Of a stretch of 64,000 bases of DNA, positions 38,625-46,543 are shown piece by piece. The first letter of the stretch is position 1. Each line of letters starts with the position of its first letter. A program made the position numbers and the translations under genes. The notes under the pieces are model-generated. The model saw nothing but the letters and a program-made list of their open reading frames with translations. It was not told the origin of the DNA and did not search any database. Source of the stretch: a virus; IMG/VR virus record IMGVR_UViG_3300016466_000859, positions 32,001-96,000 of that record. One strand, 5' to 3'.

Positions 38625-39162
38625 TTTGTGGAGCAAGCGTGTTCGCTTCTTTTTCGAGTCTTTCTGCTTCGGCGATGAGTCTCTTTGCTTCAAGTTTCAT
38701 CTTAGTGGCTTGGTCCAAACGTTGTTTGGCGAGGTCAGTGTCATTTAAAACCTGTCCTTGGTCGTTTTGCGGTACGACCGGATCTCCGAGATCTCTCCCC
38801 ATGGGCTCGCCAGATTTGATCTGTTTTATCAAAGAGTTGAGTTTGTCGAGCTTGATGTCTTCGTTGGAATTTGATGTTGGGGTTACAGTAACAGTATTGG
38901 TGGCCACACGAGTTAAAAATCCTCCCACGTGCAGGCTAGACAAAATACTAGTTCCGTCAGCCATTATGGTTCGGAATAGCACTTCATTGAGTTCGTTGCT
39001 GGACTGCCCTACATCACTTTCGAGGCACTTCATCATTTCATCGTGCAACAGCGACGGCAACGAATTGGGGTAAGTGATCAATGCATGATCGTCGTCTCCG
39101 GGCAATTGCCTAAAGACTATGACAACCTTTTGGTTACTGTGTTTTCCTACGTGTTTTAACAT
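38575..39162 (-). CDS. Hypothetical protein
   Basis: AAGGAG RBS before ATG 39162 (MLKHVGKH). Confidence 0.65.
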   Translation of the reverse strand: MLKHVGKHSNQKVVIVFRQLPGDDDHALITYPNSLPSLLHDEMMKCLESDVGQSSNELNEVLFRTIMADGTSILSSLHVGGFLTRVATNTVTVTPTSNSNEDIKLDKLNSLIKQIKSGEPMGRDLGDPVVPQNDQGQVLNDTDLAKQRLDQATKMKLEAKRLIAEAERLEKEANTLAPQNAPKSKKTTKKQTVAS

Positions 39163-39406
39163 TTGATTTCTCCTTGGGTGCTTGATCATCGTTTGATGTT
39201 TGCGGGGTTGGTTGGTTTTCGGTGGAAGCCTTGATCACACCTGATGCTTCTAGGAAAGCTCGTAGTCGGTCGTGCAGTCCGCCGACATTGGCCATTTCGT
39301 CGGCTCGTATAGCTCCACGTTGAGACACAACTTGTATGATTTGGAACATCAAGAGTAGGTCTTGTACACCAAGACTTGGCCCTTGTGATTGAACATTTTC
39401 TTGCAT
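39134..39406 (-). CDS. Hypothetical protein
   Basis: GGAG RBS; upstream TAAATA at 39438-39443 (-). Confidence 0.6.
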   Translation of the reverse strand: MQENVQSQGPSLGVQDLLLMFQIIQVVSQRGAIRADEMANVGGLHDRLRAFLEASGVIKASTENQPTPQTSNDDQAPKEKSNVKTRRKTQ

Positions 39407-39446
39407 TGATTTCTCCAGCAGATTTAAAATATATAGATATTTAATG

Positions 39447-39474
39447 CCTTGGAAAAGGCCAAGGTATTTTTTTT
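39447..39474 (+). terminator. Possible terminator hairpin oriented for + (antisense) transcription
   Basis: CCTTGG-AAAAGG-CCAAGG followed by TATTTTTTTT. Confidence 0.35.
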
Positions 39475-39477
39475 AAG

Positions 39478-39777
39478 CTACCAATCGTGCCGATTAGAGT
39501 TGACTGTATCTAGAACGAGTGCAAAAAAACTAGCTTCTCCGGGAGATTCAAATGCCGCTACTTTGGAAAAGCCGATTTTTCCATCTGTGTTTTGATGATA
39601 CATGTCTCCGAAATAAAATCTACTGCTAGAGTTGGTATAAATCCAATCCAATATAACTTTTTCGTTGACTCTGAGATCAAACGTCACAGGAGAAAAATGC
39701 GGAGGGCAATGGTGCAATCTCCGCAATCCAAAAACTTCTAAGGGATTTATCTCACGATTTGCCAGAGACATTGTCAA
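39478..39777 (-). CDS. Hypothetical protein
   Basis: 99-aa ORF in a contiguous minus-strand run. Confidence 0.55.
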   Translation of the reverse strand: MTMSLANREINPLEVFGLRRLHHCPPHFSPVTFDLRVNEKVILDWIYTNSSSRFYFGDMYHQNTDGKIGFSKVAAFESPGEASFFALVLDTVNSNRHDW

Positions 39778-40075
39778 CGATGGTCAGTTTAAAATCACTG
39801 TTGGTTGGCTGTTCGATGACTATTTTGTTCACCATCAACTCTTCGGCTCTCGATCTAAAACCTTCTACCAAATCAAATTGCCGAGAAATAGTGGCAATTT
39901 CGACTGCCCGAGCAAGATCCTCTAGTGCCGTTTCTAAAACCATGATACGCTGTACAGCAGAATCTAAATCCTCGGGAGCGTTTAAGAACTTGGGCGCAGG
40001 AAGCTGGATACCATCCAGCTTGTCGAGGATTTCTTTGGTGGTTGTTTCGTCTAGTATCGGCTGTGGGGTGGTCAT
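39752..40075 (-). CDS. Hypothetical protein
   Basis: 107-aa ORF in a contiguous minus-strand run. Confidence 0.55.
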   Translation of the reverse strand: MTTPQPILDETTTKEILDKLDGIQLPAPKFLNAPEDLDSAVQRIMVLETALEDLARAVEIATISRQFDLVEGFRSRAEELMVNKIVIEQPTNSDFKLTIVDNVSGKS

Positions 40076-40084
40076 AGATTTAGT

Positions 40085-40948
40085 TTACTTGAAAGAATTG
40101 AAAAAGTCTAGACTACGTTGCATCGAATCTTTGGTCACTTGTTCATGATATCGATATGTGTGAGAACTTCCATTGGGTGCTACTTTTAAGAAACCGTCCA
40201 TCCCTTTACAGTCCCAACAATGGGTGGCTCCGGGGTAAACATGCCAGTCAACCTTGACCTTCTTTTCGATGATCTGTAAGGTAGGAACGCATCGGTCAGC
40301 GGGCGTCTCGGGATCATCGGCTCCCATGAGCCAGATTACTGGAATGTTAGTATCGTTGAATAGATAATTTCCGCCTCTTCCGTAATCGCAGCCACCGTAT
40401 AGACCTCCCACTGCTCTGGGCCGCAATCGTCCATTGGCCACTTGTTTATAGACATCCTGGCTAGCGGCTAGACCTCCTACCATGGTTCCTAAACTAAACC
40501 CAAACGTAAAGATTCGATTTTTATCTACACCAGGCATTTTGCTGAGATGCTCCACAGCATCATAGAGATCCTTGACTAGGCGTCCTTCGGCTACAGTTCG
40601 ATTACGAGAACCCGAACAATTTTTTCCGGCACTCCTGGGTTGATAATGATCGACCACCAAAACAGTATATCCGGCGTCAACGAATACCTTAGTCCAGATT
40701 TTTAAATCATCTTCGCTTCTGGCATGTATTCCAGAACAGGCTGGTAATAGTACCATTCCTGGTCCGGGCTCTTGGGTTTTTTTTGAAGGTAAAAAAACAG
40801 AATTACGGATCGATTTTGATGAGTCAAAAGCAACAGCCGCATTGGCAAATTTTAAATCTTCACCAATGGTAGCTTCACGACCATAAAAGGCCTGTGCTGA
40901 AAGTGATGCAACCAGCCCTAGTCCAAAAACCAATGATTTGATTTTCAT
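40085..40948 (-). CDS. Dienelactone-hydrolase-family alpha/beta hydrolase with signal peptide
   Basis: MKIKSLVFGLGLVASLSAQA signal peptide; GFSLG nucleophile elbow; GADD and YPGATH triad motifs. Confidence 0.8.
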   Translation of the reverse strand: MKIKSLVFGLGLVASLSAQAFYGREATIGEDLKFANAAVAFDSSKSIRNSVFLPSKKTQEPGPGMVLLPACSGIHARSEDDLKIWTKVFVDAGYTVLVVDHYQPRSAGKNCSGSRNRTVAEGRLVKDLYDAVEHLSKMPGVDKNRIFTFGFSLGTMVGGLAASQDVYKQVANGRLRPRAVGGLYGGCDYGRGGNYLFNDTNIPVIWLMGADDPETPADRCVPTLQIIEKKVKVDWHVYPGATHCWDCKGMDGFLKVAPNGSSHTYRYHEQVTKDSMQRSLDFFNSFK

Positions 40949-42198
40949 TTTTTTGCTGCCTCTTCGTAGTGAGCCCAAATACCAAAGGGCGGTTCACAGC
41001 CGGGATTGCCTTTGATGATCCAGACAGTATCGCAGTATAACTCATCTCCCCATGATCCAAACGGGAAACCGTCGGTGAACATAATGAACTTTTTAGGTTC
41101 GATGCCTTGCTCTTTCATAAAGGCCCAATTGGCTTCAAAGTCCGTGCCACCGCCGCCCTGTGGCTCATAGGCCATGATGTCTTCCAAATTGTCGGAAGTA
41201 AACACCTGCGGATTATAGACTTCGGTGTCGAAACTCCACACATGGATGCGATACTCGTCATAACTGTCCATGATGCCTTTGATCTCGGTCAGGAACGCAC
41301 GGATGTCTTCGTTGCCAATGGATCCCGAGGTGTCGATACCGATACAGACATCGATGGTCTCACCGGGTTTCATGCCAGGCAGGATGGCATCTTGATGCCA
41401 TCCTTTACGACTGGGCCGAGCAAAAGTAAAATCTGATTTGATTGTAGAGATGATTTGTTGCTCCAAGAGCTCTTTCCAACCAATCACCGGAGCAGTGAGA
41501 TCTTTAATCAGGCGTTTGACGCCGCTGGGAACATTACCGGCTCCGCAAGCCTGTGCGGCTTGAAGAACAGCCTGTTTGATTTCGTCTCGGATCTCTTTCT
41601 TTTCTTCATCACTGAGTTTTGGACGGCCGCCTTTGCCGTCTTTGTCGCTGTCGTTACCGTCACCCTTGCCATCGAGGTGTTCGTCTAATACTTGTTGCAC
41701 CAGCTCGTCAATGCTGATTTTATCCGCGTCAGCCATTAATGCATCGTAGACTTCTTCGGCACTCATGCCACGATATTTGCTGTCGTAAAGTATGGGCACT
41801 ACAGTGATGCGCTCACCTACTCGTTGTTCTAACAAGTCAGCGTTGACACAATAATCGTCGGCGATGTTCCAAATTTTAGGATCACGATCGCCGCGGCGTC
41901 CCATATGGTCATAGACGGCATGGAGAACTTCGTGACCAAATAAGAATTCGGTTTGCTTGAGCGGAAGGCTCTTGATGAATTCGGAATTGTAATAAAACCT
42001 ACGTCCGTCGGTGGCAGCAGTGGGACACCAGTCGTCGGCATTGACGAGATTCATGCGGGTGGCTAGGTTGCCGAAAAAAGGACTACGAAGCAAAAGTCCA
42101 ACTCGCGCCGTGATTAATTTTTCACGAGCTTCTGCATCCACTCGAGGATTGGTAGTGGTCTGGCTCTTGGATCGTTCTGCTAAGGTGGTATCGCTCAT
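40945..42198 (-). CDS. DUF2201-type metallopeptidase-like plus VWA domain protein
   Basis: TAATDG, HEVLH (HExxH), DTSGS MIDAS, GGGGTDF, FTDG. Confidence 0.85.
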   Translation of the reverse strand: MSDTTLAERSKSQTTTNPRVDAEAREKLITARVGLLLRSPFFGNLATRMNLVNADDWCPTAATDGRRFYYNSEFIKSLPLKQTEFLFGHEVLHAVYDHMGRRGDRDPKIWNIADDYCVNADLLEQRVGERITVVPILYDSKYRGMSAEEVYDALMADADKISIDELVQQVLDEHLDGKGDGNDSDKDGKGGRPKLSDEEKKEIRDEIKQAVLQAAQACGAGNVPSGVKRLIKDLTAPVIGWKELLEQQIISTIKSDFTFARPSRKGWHQDAILPGMKPGETIDVCIGIDTSGSIGNEDIRAFLTEIKGIMDSYDEYRIHVWSFDTEVYNPQVFTSDNLEDIMAYEPQGGGGTDFEANWAFMKEQGIEPKKFIMFTDGFPFGSWGDELYCDTVWIIKGNPGCEPPFGIWAHYEEAAKK

Positions 42199-42224
42199 CG
42201 AATGCTCCTTACTGTATATCTTAT

Positions 42225-42253
42225 ATTATACGAGAACGGGAATTATCGGTCAA
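42225..42253 (-). promoter_or_regulatory. sigma70-type early promoter TTGACC-N17-TATAAT
   Basis: Exact spacing; upstream of the VWA gene. Confidence 0.8.
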
Positions 42254-42260
42254 TTGGACG

Positions 42261-42299
42261 AAAAACGGGGGACTTATGCGCCCTGATGCGCGGCCCCCG
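42261..42299 (-). terminator. Putative terminator after the AAA+ gene
   Basis: On the minus strand, a CGGGGG...CCCCCG stem with an inner GCGC/GCGC pair, followed by TTTTT. Confidence 0.55.
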
Positions 42300-42318
42300 A
42301 GCCCGTGACGGCTAGACT

Positions 42319-43422
42319 TTACTTACCGCTCGCGGCAATGATATACTTGCCGAATCGCTGATGAAACTCGTCGAAGCTTTTCATCTTGCCAGGCACCATG
42401 GGTAGATTGTAAGTGGTTAGAGCCACTCGCGCACCCATGACCACCAGCTCGGTGGTAAAGTTATCCATCATGAACCGCAGGAAGTTGTCGGCTTGAGCGT
42501 GCCAATCGGCAATTTTGCCGTTGCCGAGTTTTTTATGTTGCTCCTGAAGCTCATAGCACATGGAAACTGTCAACGAGTACATGGCACTGACTTCTTTGAT
42601 TTTGAGCTCTTTGACTTTACCGGCTAAAACTTCTTCAGGATTGGGCATCTGACTCGACACTTTGCGGTGAGCCATGAACTTGACTGCCAGACCCTCGCCC
42701 ACGGTACCGGCGATTAGATCAGTGAGTTCGGCATCGCTGGTTTCGTCATCGTCGAGAAAATCTGACACGAAACTCCATGAGCGCGGAGTAGCAAAACTAC
42801 GACTGGCTGAACGCGGATCAAAATCCATGAGGTCCTGCTTGGCAAAGCTCAAATAACCAACCACGTCCTTGTGGACCTTTTTGTTGACAGCCCATTGTTG
42901 CCAGCTGTCAAAGTCGGATCGCACTTCTAAGTGAACGAAACGGTTGGCCAGTGGGGTGGGCATGCGATAAGAGATACCTTTGTCGCTTTCACGATTACCT
43001 GCAGCCACCACTACTACATTGTCGGGCAGGATATACTTGCCTACTCGACGGTTAAGAATCAACTGGAAGGCAGCACCTTGCACAGCAGGCACGGCCTGGT
43101 TCATCTCGTCTAGGAACAGCACGATGATGGGATATTGTTCAGCCATCTCTCGGGTAGGCAAGTCGATGGGAGGAGCCCAATCCATGAGACCGGTGTCCTT
43201 GTTGAAGAATGGGATACCACGAATGTCAGTGGGCTCCATCTGACCCAAACGCAGGTCGATCATCAAGCCACCCATTTCGGAAGTGAGATCGGCGATTAGT
43301 TCACTCTTGCCGATTCCGGGAGGACCCCAGAGGAAAACAGGACGCTTCTTCTTAAAGCATCGAAGCACACGGCTTCGGGCTTCACTGGGGGTAACAGTAC
43401 GATTTTCACTTACACTCATCAC
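42319..43422 (-). CDS. MoxR-like AAA+ ATPase
   Basis: GPPGIGKS Walker A, LFLDE Walker B, AAGNR, LANRF; paired with the VWA gene. Confidence 0.88.
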   Translation of the reverse strand: MMSVSENRTVTPSEARSRVLRCFKKKRPVFLWGPPGIGKSELIADLTSEMGGLMIDLRLGQMEPTDIRGIPFFNKDTGLMDWAPPIDLPTREMAEQYPIIVLFLDEMNQAVPAVQGAAFQLILNRRVGKYILPDNVVVVAAGNRESDKGISYRMPTPLANRFVHLEVRSDFDSWQQWAVNKKVHKDVVGYLSFAKQDLMDFDPRSASRSFATPRSWSFVSDFLDDDETSDAELTDLIAGTVGEGLAVKFMAHRKVSSQMPNPEEVLAGKVKELKIKEVSAMYSLTVSMCYELQEQHKKLGNGKIADWHAQADNFLRFMMDNFTTELVVMGARVALTTYNLPMVPGKMKSFDEFHQRFGKYIIAASGK

Positions 43423-43459
43423 GGGTTCCTTAAAAAGTTCGTTGTTTCAGGGTATAACT

Positions 43460-43488
43460 ATTGTAAGACATCAGTGATTTCAGGTCAA
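43460..43488 (-). promoter_or_regulatory. sigma70-type early promoter TTGACC-N17-TACAAT
   Basis: Exact spacing; upstream of the AAA+ gene. Confidence 0.75.
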
Positions 43489-43500
43489 CCACGGCACCCT

Positions 43501-43556
43501 ACTAGAAAGAGCCCCAGCGAAGTATCCAGGCGAATTGCAGGACCTAGTGGCCGGGG
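43501..43556 (-). other. Candidate structured RNA (pseudoknot) in an intergenic spacer
   Basis: CCCCGGC/GCUGGGG, ACUAG/CUAGU and GUCC/GGAU pairings in interleaved order; G-U wobbles favour the minus strand. Confidence 0.35.
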
Positions 43557-43567
43557 ATTTCTAAGAT

Positions 43568-43834
43568 CTAACAGAATTCGTAAAATTTCACGTTGGGATC
43601 AATGCTCTTGAGTTGTTGAGCACAACGGGTTAACATACGATACTTCTGCTGGACCACTGAGCTAGGTAATTCGCCATCGCAGGTCAAGTTCTCTGGGCTC
43701 AGTGAGCAGTCGATGTCATCGGCGATCTGCTGTCGGTCCTGGGTATTGAGCAGGCTCAGTGGCTTCTGCTTGAATAGGGCACGGATCTGATTACGCTGTT
43801 CCACATACTGCTCTAATGTCTTGATGTTCATCAT
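43568..43834 (-). CDS. Hypothetical early protein
   Basis: AAAGGAG RBS and its own sigma70 promoter. Confidence 0.65.
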   Translation of the reverse strand: MMNIKTLEQYVEQRNQIRALFKQKPLSLLNTQDRQQIADDIDCSLSPENLTCDGELPSSVVQQKYRMLTRCAQQLKSIDPNVKFYEFC

Positions 43835-43861
43835 CGCTCCTTTTATTTACTGTATGAAATA

Positions 43862-43890
43862 ATTATAGCAAAACGGGAATTTTGGGTCAA
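43862..43890 (-). promoter_or_regulatory. sigma70-type early promoter TTGACC-N17-TATAAT
   Basis: Exact spacing; the spacer shares AATTCCCGTT with the 42225 promoter. Confidence 0.8.
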
Positions 43891-43937
43891 CCACCCAAAA
43901 ACATGGTGTTTTTGGTGTTGTTTTTTCGCAACATTCA

Positions 43938-44105
43938 TTAATTCAGCATGGTAGCGAACATGACCAGGAATTTCCAGGCCGAAGTCACGCAAACCACCGC
44001 TAGTCCAAATATAAAGCCCACAACAGCGGTCACGGTATTGGGGAAAAAATACAGCAGAGATCCCACGATCACGGCCCATGTTCCAAAGTAACCTATAGCA
44101 TACAT
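43938..44105 (-). CDS. Small hydrophobic membrane protein (early)
   Basis: AAAGGA RBS before ATG 44105; about 55 aa, two hydrophobic segments. Confidence 0.6.
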   Translation of the reverse strand: MYAIGYFGTWAVIVGSLLYFFPNTVTAVVGFIFGLAVVCVTSAWKFLVMFATMLN

Positions 44106-44133
44106 GGTATTTCCTTTGAGATAATATACCCAT

Positions 44134-44162
44134 ATTTTACCTAAAATGGAATTTCTGGTCAA
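44134..44162 (-). promoter_or_regulatory. sigma70-type early promoter TTGACC-N17-TAAAAT
   Basis: Exact spacing; spacer contains AAATTCC. Confidence 0.7.
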
Positions 44163-44296
44163 CCATAAAATGCTTCAGTTTGCTATATCGTAGTAGTAGA
44201 TCATAAATATATTGACGGTGTATACTCAATGAATGCCGGCAAAACACCACATTGATTAGACGCTATCATTTATATAACTCCAGGAGAAATAAAACA

Positions 44297-45265
44297 ATGG
44301 AAAAAAGAACTCTACGTTGGGTCCTAGCCCACGAACCAATCGAGATCTTCATTCGTGCCGCGGAAAAATTCGCCAAATCTATCAGTGAGAAGACCAACGG
44401 TGCCATCAGCATCGATATCATGACCGCTGAACAATATGGCAAAAAATATCATGGCATGGACAAGGTCGACACACAATATCGCTACGACCTCATCAAGCAC
44501 TTAGAATCCGGTGAACTTGAAATGAGCCAGATGTACACAACCACATTGGGCACACACTACGACCAGCAGTTGCTGGCCTTTGATATGCCCTACATTTTCG
44601 CCGATCACGATCACGTCGCTCGTGTGCTGGACGGTGAAATCGGTGCTGGCCTGCGCAAGAGTCTCAGCGAAAAGACCAACATGGCTTCGTTGGCCTTCAC
44701 ATACTCGGGTGGTTTCCGTGTGCTGCCTTCGGCCAAGAAAATCACCAGCATCACAGAGCTCGCAGGCGAAAAGGTCCGCGTTGGTAGCCCTGTTTCCCTA
44801 GAAACATTCAAGGCTCTGGGTTGCGAAGCCGTCGACGGCATCATGATCGAAGAGTTGGGCGAAGCCATTGGCGACGGTCGTATTGTTGCCGGTGAAAGCA
44901 CATACCCACGTCTCTATGGTACCGAGCAGAACATCGCTCCTAGCAAAACTGCCAAAGCGGTGATCAACACCGAGCACAGCCTGTTCCTGACAACCATCCT
45001 CATCAACAAGGACATCTGGAACAGCTTTGATGCTGAACTCCAACAGTTCATGCTGGAAGCCGCTCACGAGGCTGCTCTAGAAGAGCGCAAAGAAGCACTG
45101 GCCGACATCAAGAAGAACCAAGCTCGGTTGGCCCAAGACGGTGTTGAAGTGGTTGATCTGCCTGCCACAGAAATCGACCTGTTCCGCAACAAAACAGCAG
45201 TGGTCTATGACGTACTCGCTGACATGTTCGAACCCGGTCTGATCAGCAACATCAAAAACGCCTAA
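44297..45265 (+). CDS. dctP: TRAP transporter substrate-binding protein (DctP family), no signal peptide
   Basis: AGGAG RBS before ATG 44297; FDMPYIF.D.DH, GFRVL, L.GEKVR, E...A...G; upstream TAAATA at 44204. Confidence 0.85.
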   Translation: MEKRTLRWVLAHEPIEIFIRAAEKFAKSISEKTNGAISIDIMTAEQYGKKYHGMDKVDTQYRYDLIKHLESGELEMSQMYTTTLGTHYDQQLLAFDMPYIFADHDHVARVLDGEIGAGLRKSLSEKTNMASLAFTYSGGFRVLPSAKKITSITELAGEKVRVGSPVSLETFKALGCEAVDGIMIEELGEAIGDGRIVAGESTYPRLYGTEQNIAPSKTAKAVINTEHSLFLTTILINKDIWNSFDAELQQFMLEAAHEAALEERKEALADIKKNQARLAQDGVEVVDLPATEIDLFRNKTAVVYDVLADMFEPGLISNIKNA

Positions 45266-45282
45266 TAGGTGTTTTGATAAAG

Positions 45283-45308
45283 AAAAAGCCCGCTTCGGCG
45301 GGCTTTTT
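45283..45308. terminator. Bidirectional Rho-independent terminator
   Basis: AAAAAGCCCGC-TTCG-GCGGGCTTTTT between convergent genes. Confidence 0.9.
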
Positions 45309-45325
45309 GTTGGCTGCTTTACTGA

Positions 45326-45619
45326 TTACTCAGCGGCTTCTGCTTTGGCAGATTTCTTGGCAGTCGTACCAGGTACTTTGAAGAACTTGGCAAGATCAAA
45401 GTTGGTAGCTTCGTTGATGGCATTTACGGTTTCCTCTGTGAGGCGTGTGCTAATTTCGTTAGCGACTTTGACGGCGCTCTTGGTGTAGGCAGTCTGCCCA
45501 TCAATAAAACCATTTAACGCTGCCTTAATACCGTCGTGTTGTACGAACGTACCGACAACAGTTTTCTTGGCGTTCTGTACTTGGTCGATGTAAAAGTCGG
45601 GGGATACATTGTAAAACAT
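45326..45619 (-). CDS. Phasin-like helical protein (tentative)
   Basis: AAGGAG RBS before ATG 45619; about 97 aa, amphipathic and Ala/Lys-rich tail. The family call rests on overall resemblance only. Confidence 0.4.
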   Translation of the reverse strand: MFYNVSPDFYIDQVQNAKKTVVGTFVQHDGIKAALNGFIDGQTAYTKSAVKVANEISTRLTEETVNAINEATNFDLAKFFKVPGTTAKKSAKAEAAE

Positions 45620-45626
45620 TTGCTTT

Positions 45627-45645
45627 CTCCTTGTAGTTAAGCGAG
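45627..45645 (-). promoter_or_regulatory. ROSE-like SD-sequestering hairpin
   Basis: CUC-G-CUU/AACUAC/AAG-GAG: the UYGCU motif pairs with the SD with a bulged G. Confidence 0.55.
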
Positions 45646-45708
45646 TTTGGTTACCTTGACCCGCACCGTGCGGCATCTTGGTTTACTGCATTCTTTTGAT
45701 TGTAACAT

Positions 45709-45727
45709 TATTTATATTGCGGTGCAA
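45709..45727 (-). promoter_or_regulatory. T4-consensus late promoter TATAAATA abutting a TTGC-N3-GCAA inverted repeat (PhaR-box-like)
   Basis: Plus-strand tatttata at 45709-45716 and ttgcggtgcaa at 45717-45727. Confidence 0.5.
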
Positions 45728-45833
45728 CATATAATATGCCCACTTTACAGATCAGTTTTCCCAAAAAAAATATTTTCACGGTCATGACATGACCTAGTAA
45801 ATACTACACTAATCGATTAGGAGATTTTTCAAA

Positions 45834-46112
45834 ATGGAAATTATCATCATTGTAGCAATTCTTGCCGGTCTCGCTTTTTTTCTGTTCCGTGGCTTTGACG
45901 CCAACAAAGACGGTAAAGTGACCTTTGACGAAGTCAAATCAGCTGCCGATGCCAACAAAGACGGCAAAGTTGATGCCGAAGATGTCAAGGTTGTGGCCAC
46001 TAAGGCCAAAGCAGTTGCTAAAAAAACAGCCGCTAATATTGGTGCCAAAACCAAAACTGCTGTCAAAAAAGCCACTGCTAAAAAACCTGCCGCTAAAAAG
46101 ACAGGCAAATAA
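45834..46112 (+). CDS. Small membrane-anchored protein with two EF-hand-like loops and a Lys/Ala-rich tail
   Basis: N-terminal TM; DANKDGKVTFDE and DANKDGKVDAED; KKATAKKPAAKK; AGGAG RBS; TAAATA at 45798. Confidence 0.7.
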   Translation: MEIIIIVAILAGLAFFLFRGFDANKDGKVTFDEVKSAADANKDGKVDAEDVKVVATKAKAVAKKTAANIGAKTKTAVKKATAKKPAAKKTGK

Positions 46113-46144
46113 TTAGCAGACGAAACAGTAGGATACGTAGAAGG

Positions 46145-46169
46145 AAAAACGGGCCGTCGGCCCGTTTTT
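46145..46169. terminator. Bidirectional Rho-independent terminator
   Basis: AAAAACGGGCC-GTC-GGCCCGTTTTT between convergent genes. Confidence 0.88.
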
Positions 46170-46543
46170 TATTGGCTAAGATTGTCCAGGTATTGTTTTA
46201 GGTTGCCGCCGTATAGACTCAGCATAGTGGCTTCTTGTTCCTCAAACACCAAGATCTTCTTTCTTTTACCGAACAAGAAATACACACTAGGGAAATGTCG
46301 TTCCAGTTGCAGGATATTGCCGTTACTGAGAGGTTCGGTGAGTTCATAGGAATAATACCGAAGTTTCAGCTCCTTGGCCAGGAAAGTGTAACCTTCCATG
46401 GTAAGGCTGAGGCTGTTGGGATCTGTGGGGTTCGACCAAATTCGCAAACGCAGTTCACGTTGGCTTCCTTGAGAGCCCGACATCTCCCAGAATATCTTGG
46501 TCAGTTGTGTCTGGGTGAAATTCTTAGGGGTAGATTTGGTCAC
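46169..46543 (-). CDS. Hypothetical protein
   Basis: Probable GTG start at 46543 overlapping the upstream stop; start uncertain. Confidence 0.55.
   Translation of the reverse strand: MTKSTPKNFTQTQLTKIFWEMSGSQGSQRELRLRIWSNPTDPNSLSLTMEGYTFLAKELKLRYYSYELTEPLSNGNILQLERHFPSVYFLFGKRKKILVFEEQEATMLSLYGGNLKQYLDNLSQ

Noticed and set aside
43501-43556. HDV-like/theta ribozyme identity
   Set aside because: P1 starts with C, there is a 5-nt gap between P3 and P1, and P1.1 and the J4/2 catalytic C motif are absent. Kept only as an unclassified structure.
44252-44296. Upstream extension of dctP as a signal peptide
   Set aside because: MIRRYHLYNSRRNKT has no hydrophobic core, and a strong AGGAG RBS points to ATG 44297.
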